DNA of 52,881 nucleotides. It comes from Candidatus Aenigmatarchaeota archaeon (GTDB lineage Archaea > Aenigmatarchaeota > Aenigmatarchaeia > Aenigmatarchaeales > JACQIB01). A program made the position numbers and the translations under genes. Below, one piece after another: positions 19,495-28,412 of this stretch. The notes beneath the pieces are model-generated. The model saw nothing but the letters and a program-made list of their open reading frames with translations, was not told where the DNA came from and ran no database searches. Numbering within the stretch: the first letter of the stretch is position 1; each line of letters starts with the position of its first letter. The DNA is taken from assembly GCA_046760225.1 (NCBI GenBank), contig JBHIDR010000002.1, positions 1 through 52,881 of the forward strand. Direction: 5' to 3'.

Positions 19495-20665
19495 GTGCGA
19501 AATCAATTAGAAAATTTAAATAAAAATAACTCAAATATTTATTGTATGAAAATAATAACTAAGAGCTTTATTCCAACATCTATTGATAAAAGAGTGTTCT
19601 TTTTTGAGGAGCTAAAGGATAAAATCAAAGTTTTTTTCTAAAAGAACTGGAAGCGGAAGTAACCCCAAACCATTTATACTTCCTAAAGAAATTGAAATTG
19701 ATGAGGTTTTCACTGAAGCTGTTGGTTTATATGTTGGTGATGGAAAATTAACAAAAAATGATTTAACACATGCAGGATTTGTAAATAAAGACAAGGATAT
19801 TATAAAGTTCATGTTTCAATTTTTTAGAAATGTAATGAATGTACCTATAGAAAGAATGTGTATAACAATAGGATATAAAAATGAAGACGAAGAGAAAATA
19901 AGAGAGAAATGGTCAAAAATACTTGATATTAATGAAGCAAAATTCAGATTTCAAAAATCAAATAGACATAAATTTGAAACGGTAGATGTTCAGATTAACA
20001 GTTTCGTTTTTAGAGTAATTTTTCAGAACATCCTTGAACATTCCCTACAAGTAATAAAAAGAAATAAAAAGTTAAGAAGAGGGTTTCTAAGGGGTTACTT
20101 TGCTGCTGAGGGTACAATTGGTTTTAAAGAAAAAGATAATTGCATTGAATATATAGGCTTTTCTTATAATCCTTTGGGTGAAGGTTGGTTAAGAAATTTT
20201 TGCATAGATTGTCTTAGAATCGAAGGAATAAAAGCAAAATACAAAGAAAGAGATGGAAACAGGGCAGAAATTATAATTAATAAATGGAAAAATTATTCGA
20301 AATTATGGGAAATTAGAATTTTTGACAGATGTGAAAGAAAAAAACAGAAGTTCACAAAAATACTTAACTCAAGAGAATTTTATTGTAAACTTAATGATGA
20401 ATTTAGACTTGAGTTTTTTGATTCAATAAACCTGTATCAAAGGGATATTGCAAAAATAATAAATTCATGGCAAGGAAATGTATGCAAAACTATACAAGGA
20501 AAACATTTAATGACAATAAACCAAATAAAAAGGCTTATTCCGTATTCAAAATTCTCAAAGGAGGATATAAATAAAAATATAGAAGGTGTAAGAATAGGTA
20601 ATATGAGGGGGTTTGTCTCTGACAAGTATCTTCCTGAGAAAAATAAGGAAGAAGGACTGGATTGA
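19495..20665 (+). mobile_element. free-standing double-motif LAGLIDADG homing endonuclease, frameshifted at T7 run 19631-19637
   Basis: AT-rich; EAVGLYVGDG and GFLRGYFAAEG motifs; GAGGTG SD with GTG 19495; first frame stops 19639-19641, +1 frame continues to 20665. Confidence 0.8.
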
Positions 20666-20669
20666 TTAA
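20612..20669 (+). repeat. displaced remnant copy of the top6A 3' end
   Basis: encodes FVSDKYLPEK(+1 nt)IRKKDWID*, versus FISDVYLPEKIKKRDFLD* at 19333-19389. Confidence 0.85.
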
Positions 20670-21046
20670 TGTATAACGCGCTTGATTGCTTCTTTAATCA
20701 TTTCTTTAGGAGGATAGGGATATTGCTTTCCTTTGAAGAAATAGGTTCGGCATCCGCACATGCATTCCTGTTTTACAAATTCAGTTGTCCCCTTTGTTTG
20801 TTCAGCAAGCTCTTCGCATGACATACATCTTCCTTTGCTAACTTCTTCCTGGATATCTTTTCCATTGATTGTAACAGAAGGCGAGCCTACAAAATTGTAC
20901 TTTTTTGCCCTTTCATCAGAATCAATCAATGTTTCCTCTACTTCAGCCTTAACTCCAAGTTCCTTCAAACTTTCTTTAACCAGCCCTTTGGTCTTGACAC
21001 AATGAGGGCAATTGAGTATATACAGTATCTGTATTTTCATAACCAT
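20666..21046 (-). CDS. thioredoxin-fold protein (DUF2703-like)
   Basis: CPHC, FVGSPSVTINGKDI, GCRTY. Confidence 0.8.
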   Translation of the reverse strand: MVMKIQILYILNCPHCVKTKGLVKESLKELGVKAEVEETLIDSDERAKKYNFVGSPSVTINGKDIQEEVSKGRCMSCEELAEQTKGTTEFVKQECMCGCRTYFFKGKQYPYPPKEMIKEAIKRVIH

Positions 21047-21138
21047 AATTCAGCGCAAGCACTTAAATAACTAAGCCAGGCAAAACAATTTAAACGCTTA
21101 GATTTAATCAGATTAGTATGGGGCTGGCCGTATAGGCT

Positions 21139-21358
21139 GGGGCAGTAATCCTTTTGGAGGACTGCATGCTCAGCCCGGGAGAGCGCTACATCCGATTGGA
21201 GGCGAACCTGAAGACTCGGATGAGCGGCAAGGTAGACACCGGCACTTTTGTGTTGATGGCTCATTTGTCGCGTGCGTGCATCAGGTACCTCTGGTGTGCC
21301 GCGAATTCAAATGGGAGTTAGGTCTCCTATCTTCCTGAAGCTCACGCCTGCCCCACCA
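21139..21358 (+). tRNA. tRNA-Phe(GAA) with six introns: 21148-21167 (9/10), 21190-21206 (30/31), 21214-21229 (37/38), 21236-21264 (43/44), 21275-21305 (53/54), 21312-21341 (59/60)
   Basis: removing the six hairpin introns gives a fully paired 77-nt cloverleaf GGGGCAG TA GCTC AGCCCGGGA GAGC G CTACC CTGAAGA GGTAG TTGTC GCGTG TTCAAAT CACGC CTGCCCC A CCA; TTTAAA box about 45 nt upstream. Confidence 0.92.
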
Positions 21359-21411
21359 AATTTCTTCGTCGAACAGATGAAGTCTTTGTACATTGATAGG
21401 AGGTGGAGCAA

Positions 21412-21570
21412 ATGCACATAAACTATACAAACAAGCCAGAAGGCTGGAAAATGAAAGAATGGGGAAAGATATACGTAGACAAACCAGGACATTACGAATT
21501 TGATGCACCGTCAAACAGATGGATATATAAGGGTGATAAAAATGAAGGAGAAGATAAGCGTATTCTTTAA
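21412..21570 (+). CDS. small hypothetical protein (52 aa)
   Basis: strong GGAGGTG SD; MHINYTNKPEGWKMKEWGKIYVDKPGHYEFD...; below the ORF-track cut-off. Confidence 0.6.
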   Translation: MHINYTNKPEGWKMKEWGKIYVDKPGHYEFDAPSNRWIYKGDKNEGEDKRIL

Positions 21571-21594
21571 ATCTTTGGAGGACAATCATATTGC

Positions 21595-22170
21595 ATGAAA
21601 ATAGGCATCATAGGGACATTCAATACAGGAAAGACGTCTCTTTGCCATTCCCTTGTGGGTGCACTGAAGGAGAAGGGGGTGAGGGCCGAGTTTGTTCCAG
21701 AATCAGTAAGGAACTGCCCAATGCCTGCTGGCACAGAGGGCAACAGCACACTGGATTCCCAGATGTGGATAATAGCAAAGCAGGTAGCAAATGAGATGGA
21801 GGCTGAGCACAACAATGATGTCATTGTATGCGACAGTAATATAGTGAACATCTATGCATACTTTCTTTCAATTCTCAAGAACACACCTAACCCCAAAGAG
21901 GAGTTTGTCAGCATTGCAAAATCAGTGCTTGAAGAGTGGCACAAGACATATGACTTCCTCTTCAAGCTCACAATACCAAAGGAGAAGCAGATGATGATAA
22001 CAAATGACGGCTTCAGGTCAGTGAACCTGAAATGGCAGAAGGAGATTGATGTATTAATTGACCAGATCATCAGTTCTCTGGGTATAAAGGTATATGAAAT
22101 ACCGCTTGATTCTAATCTGGAGAGGGTAAGAAAAATAATGAGAATAATAGAGGAGAATAAGCCTTTTTAA
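21595..22170 (+). CDS. AAA_28 / NadR-like P-loop NTPase
   Basis: IGIIGTFNTGKTS, VPESVR, YDFLF, DGFRS. Confidence 0.8.
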   Translation: MKIGIIGTFNTGKTSLCHSLVGALKEKGVRAEFVPESVRNCPMPAGTEGNSTLDSQMWIIAKQVANEMEAEHNNDVIVCDSNIVNIYAYFLSILKNTPNPKEEFVSIAKSVLEEWHKTYDFLFKLTIPKEKQMMITNDGFRSVNLKWQKEIDVLIDQIISSLGIKVYEIPLDSNLERVRKIMRIIEENKPF

Positions 22171-22192
22171 CATTAGGAACCAAAATATTATT

Positions 22193-22744
22193 ATGCTCAT
22201 CAGGATAATACCTGTGGGTAATCCTCCACAGAAGATTCTTGAAACAATAAAGGCATCACTCCCGGACATATTCAATTCTGAAGTCAGGATGATGCCAGCG
22301 CTTGATGTGCCGCAGGACTCGTACAACCACTGGAGAAAGCAGTACAATGCTGAGAAGATCATAGATATTCTTTCAAAGGAAAAGGCTGCAAAGTTCATTG
22401 ACAGGAGCATTCCTTCCCTCTTCATAATAGACCAGGACATCTACTATGACGGCCTTAACTTTGTGTTTGGCGTGGAGGATCCCATACACAGTTCTGCAAT
22501 AATATCATTGACAAGGCTGAAGCCGGAGTTCTATGGGAAGGGCGTGAACCTGTTGGTCCTATCAGACAGGGCAGTAAAGGAAGCTGTGCATGAGATAGGC
22601 CACCATCTTGGTTTGGGGCATTGCAGGCATCCGTTCTGTGTTATGGCATTCTCGCCGAGTGTTGAGGATGTTGACAATAAGCAAAGGTATTTCTGCAGGG
22701 ACTGTAAAGTCAGGGCTGCAACAAGAGGAATCAGCCTTGAGTAA
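22193..22744 (+). CDS. amzA: archaemetzincin zinc metalloprotease
   Basis: RKQYNA, LNFVFG, KEAVHEIGHHLGLGHC..CVM..FCRDC. Confidence 0.92.
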   Translation: MLIRIIPVGNPPQKILETIKASLPDIFNSEVRMMPALDVPQDSYNHWRKQYNAEKIIDILSKEKAAKFIDRSIPSLFIIDQDIYYDGLNFVFGVEDPIHSSAIISLTRLKPEFYGKGVNLLVLSDRAVKEAVHEIGHHLGLGHCRHPFCVMAFSPSVEDVDNKQRYFCRDCKVRAATRGISLE

Positions 22745-22789
22745 TTCTTATTTATAAAGTCCTAGGTTGATTTTAATTAGAGTGGTCCT

Positions 22790-23281
22790 ATGGAAGCTGA
22801 AGTCAAGGAAGACAAGGTTATTGTAGAGGAAGGGGAAGAGCTGTATGAGCAGGGATGGTATGGCAATCTTGAGGGAAAGAAGCTGATACTTGACCTGGTC
22901 GAGGCAGTGCTGCTCATGGAAAGGGCAAAGATAGAGCTCAAGGACATGGACTTCAAGGAGTTCTTCCACTACTGCTCCAAGATTGACCCCAGATTCACAG
23001 CCAGATATGCTGTTTACAGGGACCTCAGGGATAGGGGGCTTCCTGTGAGAACAGGTTTCAAGGGAAGTGATTTCAGGGTTTATGAAAGGGGGGCAAAGCC
23101 GAAAAAGCAAGGGAAGGTCAAGTGGATAGTTTTTGCAGAAGCAGAGGACTATCCCTGTGAAATGGAAAAGCTCGGAAAGGCAATAAAGCTGGGAAAGAAC
23201 ATAAGGGCTGTTGCACTCTGGGCTATTGTGGATAATGATTTAGATGTGACATATTATATAATTAATTCGATTTCACCGTGA
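22790..23281 (+). CDS. endA: tRNA splicing endonuclease, probable structural (beta) subunit
   Basis: LDLVEAVLL, YAVYRDLRDRG, SDFRVY, AIVD..VTYY; no catalytic His. Confidence 0.85.
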   Translation: MEAEVKEDKVIVEEGEELYEQGWYGNLEGKKLILDLVEAVLLMERAKIELKDMDFKEFFHYCSKIDPRFTARYAVYRDLRDRGLPVRTGFKGSDFRVYERGAKPKKQGKVKWIVFAEAEDYPCEMEKLGKAIKLGKNIRAVALWAIVDNDLDVTYYIINSISP

Positions 23282-23286
23282 TTGAT

Positions 23287-23847
23287 ATGAGTGTTATAGA
23301 GACTATCAAAAAAAGAAGGAGTATAAGAAAATTCAAAAGGAAAGAGGTGCCTGAATATATTATAAAGAAAATCTTGAACGCTGCAAGGCTTGCTCCTTCA
23401 GGTAACAATGCCCAGCCTTCAAACTATATCATAATCAAGGATAAGAAAACAAAGGAAATGCTAAAGAAAAACAAGATATTTGTGCAAAATTTGGTGTATG
23501 ATGTCCCATTGATAATAGCATGCTGTGCGAATCCCGATGCTTATCCCAAGACCAAATTTATTGAAGGTGTTGATGACCCTAATGTTGCAAGGGCTTTAAG
23601 AGACCTTTCAATTGCCTCTTCATATCTTGTATTAGCAGCAACAGAACTGGGTCTTGGTTGTTGTTATATAGGATGGATGAACAAGAAAAAGGCGAAGAGA
23701 GTGTTGGGAATACCTAAGAATTTCATCTTTCCTTATGTCATAATATGTGGCTACCCCAATGAAAAAAGGAAAAGGAGCAAAAAGAAGTCTCTTAAAGAAA
23801 TACTACATCATGAGAAGTGGTGGTATGATAAAGGCGCAACTTGCTGA
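23287..23847 (+). CDS. nitroreductase family protein
   Basis: IKKRRSIRKF, AARLAPSGNNAQP, LAATELGLGCCYIG, GYP. Confidence 0.9.
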   Translation: MSVIETIKKRRSIRKFKRKEVPEYIIKKILNAARLAPSGNNAQPSNYIIIKDKKTKEMLKKNKIFVQNLVYDVPLIIACCANPDAYPKTKFIEGVDDPNVARALRDLSIASSYLVLAATELGLGCCYIGWMNKKKAKRVLGIPKNFIFPYVIICGYPNEKRKRSKKKSLKEILHHEKWWYDKGATC

Positions 23848-24355
23848 GGACAGGGTGATTGTATGGGAAAAGAAGGCAGCTGAGAAGCTGTACGGTGAAG
23901 GCACTTTCGGGAAGATGAGAAACGAGAAGCTTGAGCTTGCGCTCATAGAGGCAGCCTATCTGGTTGATAAGGGAAAGATAAAGATTGTTGAAGATAGAAA
24001 GAAGATTGACAAGGAAAGGTTCTTTGATTATTGCAAAAAGCTTGACAAGAGGTTCGATCACAGGTATGCTGTTTACAAGGACCTCAGGGAAAGGGAACTT
24101 GCTGTCAGAACAGGCTTCAAGTTCGGCTGTGATTTCAGGGTATATGCAAAGGGAGTCAGGCCATTGAAGAGGGGTCCAAAAACAGCACGGGAGCACACAA
24201 AATGGGTTGTTTTCGCAGTGCCTGAGAAATATGTTTTCAGCTTTCCAGAGCTGTCCAGGGCAGTGAGGCTTGCGCACAACATAAGGGCAAATATGTTATG
24301 GGCAATTGTGGGAAAGAAGATAAAATATGTTCAGGTTCAGTTTTTTAAACCTTAG
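23825..24355 (+). CDS. endA: tRNA splicing endonuclease, probable catalytic (alpha) subunit
   Basis: LALIEAAYL, YAVYKDLRER, TGFKFGCDFRVY...EHTKW, RAVRLAHNIR; ATG 23825 after GGTGG. Confidence 0.9.
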   Translation: MIKAQLAEDRVIVWEKKAAEKLYGEGTFGKMRNEKLELALIEAAYLVDKGKIKIVEDRKKIDKERFFDYCKKLDKRFDHRYAVYKDLRERELAVRTGFKFGCDFRVYAKGVRPLKRGPKTAREHTKWVVFAVPEKYVFSFPELSRAVRLAHNIRANMLWAIVGKKIKYVQVQFFKP

Positions 24356-24398
24356 AAACTATAAATAACTGAGCAGAAAATATCATAGGGGCGTTAAG

Positions 24399-25559
24399 AT
24401 GTTTGTAAGAGACATAATGTCAACAAGGGTTCTCAGTCTCAAGCCATCTGACACTGTGAACAAGTTCATAGCGCTCATGGAAAACAAGCACGTGCATGAG
24501 GTGCCCATAATAGAGGACAAGAAGTTTCTTGGCATGGTAAGGTTCAAGGCCCTTGTGAGCAGGGGGGTTTCCAACCCGGTGAAGCAGAAACTAAGGAGCC
24601 TGATGGACTTTCCTCCGCCCACGCTCGAGCCCGACATGTCTATTGAGGAAGCAGCCGAGCTGATTTCCAAGACAGGACTCAGGGCACTGCCTGTGCTGGA
24701 AAAGAAGAAAGTCGTGGGCATTGTGTCTATATTCGATATACTTGAGCTTGCTTCAAAATCAAAGGAATTCAGGCAGACCCCTGCAGAGAGCGTGATGTCC
24801 ATTGCTCTTGTGACATCGCAGAATTCTGACATAGGCACAGTAAGGGTGATGATGAGGGAAAAGGCAATATCAAGGATACCCCTTGTGGATGATGAGGGAA
24901 AAATCGTGGGAATAGTTGCTGCATTTGACCTCATGAAGGCAGTGAAGCAGTCAAAGGAAAAAATGACATGGTACAATATGGCTGCTGAAATGGAAAGGGT
25001 TTCTGCAATGCCCATAAGCAACCTCATGAACAGGAAGCCGCCGACTGTAAGGAGAAGGGACAGCCTGAATGATGTTGTGAACAAGATGCTGAAACATAAG
25101 TGCTCGGGCATCACTGTTGCTGACAAGGGGGTGCCAGTGGGTATTGTGACTGTAAAGGACCTGCTGGAGGTCTTTGTTGCAGGCGGCGTTCAGAAAGGGG
25201 TCTATTACCATGCAATCGGGCTTGAGCATGAAAACGATTTCGTGGTGAGCACTGTGCACAGGATGATAGGCGACAGCATAGAAAAGATAGCCTCCATATA
25301 CCCCATCCAGTTCATGTTCATACATTTCAAGAAATACAAGTACAGGGGCCTGAAGGCAAAGTGGTCTGTGAGGATAAGGCTCATGACTGACAAGGGACTG
25401 TTCATGTCCAAGGCATGGGGCTGGGACCCAAGAGATGCTGTTGGAGATGCCCTGTACAGGCTGGAAAGGAACCTGATAAAGAGGAAAAAAGAACTTAAAG
25501 ATAAGATAAGGTATAATATAAGAAAACTAAAGGAATCACTAGGGCCCCAGACCAAATAA
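24399..25559 (+). CDS. 4xCBS + HPF/RaiA-like domain protein (candidate archaeal ribosome hibernation factor)
   Basis: four CBS repeats; C-terminal IHFKKY..WSVRIRL..GWD..AVGDALYRLE resembles the HPF fold. Confidence 0.8.
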   Translation: MFVRDIMSTRVLSLKPSDTVNKFIALMENKHVHEVPIIEDKKFLGMVRFKALVSRGVSNPVKQKLRSLMDFPPPTLEPDMSIEEAAELISKTGLRALPVLEKKKVVGIVSIFDILELASKSKEFRQTPAESVMSIALVTSQNSDIGTVRVMMREKAISRIPLVDDEGKIVGIVAAFDLMKAVKQSKEKMTWYNMAAEMERVSAMPISNLMNRKPPTVRRRDSLNDVVNKMLKHKCSGITVADKGVPVGIVTVKDLLEVFVAGGVQKGVYYHAIGLEHENDFVVSTVHRMIGDSIEKIASIYPIQFMFIHFKKYKYRGLKAKWSVRIRLMTDKGLFMSKAWGWDPRDAVGDALYRLERNLIKRKKELKDKIRYNIRKLKESLGPQTK

Positions 25560-25566
25560 GTTTCCG

Positions 25567-25707
25567 GTGTTTTTTATTCAGACCAAATGCGACAAGTGCA
25601 GAAAATCCATAAAGGAAGTTGGCAGGCTCAACAAGGTAAGGCGAAAAGGGGTCACGCAGAAAATATGCAAGCACTGCAGAAGGATAATAAGGCTTTCTTA
25701 CAGATAA
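25567..25707 (+). CDS. small basic zinc-finger protein (about 46 aa)
   Basis: KCDKCRK...KICKHCRR; TAA abuts the convergent rhomboid stop; start uncertain. Confidence 0.6.
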   Translation: MFFIQTKCDKCRKSIKEVGRLNKVRRKGVTQKICKHCRRIIRLSYR

Positions 25708-26319
25708 TTACATCCATCTCTTTTCCCATTCCTCAATCTCTTCATTGCTCACAGAAGGTCTCTCCCTTGGTTGCCTTTTCTCACCGAATTCCTTGATCAG
25801 TGTGAAGCCGTATATCAGACCGAAGGCCAGGCCGAAAAGATGGGCTGCATTTGCTGTTTCTCCTGGAGCAAACATTCCCATGATGTCTATTGCTGCCCAT
25901 AGAATTGCTGCAACAAACATTGGCATTGGAATCCCTCCTATCCATACCATCATCCTTGGCCTGAGCACTGTTAGGGCGCCCAGTATGCTGAACAGTGCTC
26001 CGCTTGCTCCTAATGAAGCAGGATAAAATATTGCTGCACCAATGCTGGCAAATATTCCTCCTGAAAAGAAGAGTATGAGGAACCTCCTGCTTCCGACTAT
26101 TCTTTCGAGGATGAAGCCGAAAAGGGCAAGTGCGAACATGTTGTACATGAGGTGCTCTATGGAGCCATGGAGAAAGACCGAGGTTACAAGTGTCCATGGA
26201 GCAAAGAGCACATTCTCAGATATCAGGGCAAATATACCTGTAATCGGGAATGCCAACTGGAGGATAAAGACAAGAATGCAAAGCACAGTGAACCTTATAG
26301 ACCAAAGATTATACCACAT
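25708..26319 (-). CDS. rhomboid-family intramembrane serine protease
   Basis: PWTLVTSVFLH..HLMYNM, GASG, NAAHLFG. Confidence 0.93.
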   Translation of the reverse strand: MWYNLWSIRFTVLCILVFILQLAFPITGIFALISENVLFAPWTLVTSVFLHGSIEHLMYNMFALALFGFILERIVGSRRFLILFFSGGIFASIGAAIFYPASLGASGALFSILGALTVLRPRMMVWIGGIPMPMFVAAILWAAIDIMGMFAPGETANAAHLFGLAFGLIYGFTLIKEFGEKRQPRERPSVSNEEIEEWEKRWM

Positions 26320-26324
26320 AAAAA

Positions 26325-27782
<1,458 letters not shown>

Positions 27783-27850
27783 AGTATCATTCTTAATTTT
27801 ATCCAGCATTTATATAAGGTTTTACCTGCAATTAGTAACCAGTGATTGAA

Positions 27851-28202
27851 ATGAAGGAGATGCGCCTTTGGCAAGCATGAGAAGAAGATTCTTGTAGAAG
27901 CATCTCTATCAAAGCGCGAGGAACAGATTCTTTCTGACATCGTATTTCTGCAGGGAATGACATATTCCCGCGCTGTAAGGGAGCTTTCTGGAAAATATCC
28001 TGAGAGCACTGTGAAGTACATACTGCGAAAGCTCAGGAAAGGGGGCCTCATTGTCTGTGGCAGCTCCAGGTGTCATGGTGTTCCTATCAAGGTTACTGAA
28101 AGGGGTCATCGTCTAGTGGCAGGACAGCAGCCTCCAGAGCTGCAGACGGGGGTTCAAATCCCTCTGACCCCACCAAAAAGGAGGTGCTTATATGAGGGGT
28201 GA
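27851..28202 (+). CDS. winged-HTH protein with a disrupted 5' end whose 3' part overlaps tRNA-Trp
   Basis: open frame from about 27855: ..LSKREEQIL..TYSRAVRELSGKYPESTVKYILRKLRKGGLI..; ATG 27851 is out of frame with it. Confidence 0.55.
28102..28175 (+). tRNA. tRNA-Trp(CCA), intron-less, CCA encoded
   Basis: GGGGTCA/TGACCCC acceptor stem; GCAGC-CT CCA GA-GCTGC anticodon arm; GGTTCAAATCC T-arm. Confidence 0.93.
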
Positions 28203-28390
28203 TGAGGTTTGGCCGATGCCCTCATGTAAAATCCGGGATCAATTACTTTTGTACGGATTTCGAAACAGGCATGGGCCTAGAGGTCCGCATTTGCAAAATA
28301 GAAGGTATGTCCTGTTATCAAAAACAGCATCGAAAATGCAGAACATACCGAGAAAACAACGGCAAGAAACCTAAATATAAATTGGAGTAA
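28199..28390 (+). CDS. small Cys-rich hypothetical protein
   Basis: 63 aa with five Cys between tRNA-Trp and trpS; competes with overlapping ORF 28192-28374. Confidence 0.4.
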   Translation: MMRFGRCPHVKSGINYFCTDFETGMGLEVRICKIEGMSCYQKQHRKCRTYRENNGKKPKYKLE

Positions 28391-28412
28391 AATCAAAGAT
28401 AGAGTGATTGGT

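Noticed and set aside
19495..20665. Intein or intron-encoded endonuclease
   Set aside because: No intein splice residues, not in frame within a host protein, and top6A terminates upstream; no BHB or group I boundaries found
21120..21138. Seventh intron or alternative 5' end of tRNA-Phe (GGGGCTGGCCGTATAGGCT)
   Set aside because: Forms a small hairpin but no 4-bp helix and bulge arrangement; treated as 5' leader
21120..21358. SRP RNA or RNase P RNA
   Set aside because: No signature motifs seen; the region is fully explained as a multi-intron tRNA ending in CCA
21037..21589. Minus-strand ORFs 21037-21264, 21281-21589 and 21307-21492
   Set aside because: Shadow ORFs antisense to tRNA-Phe and the 52-aa gene
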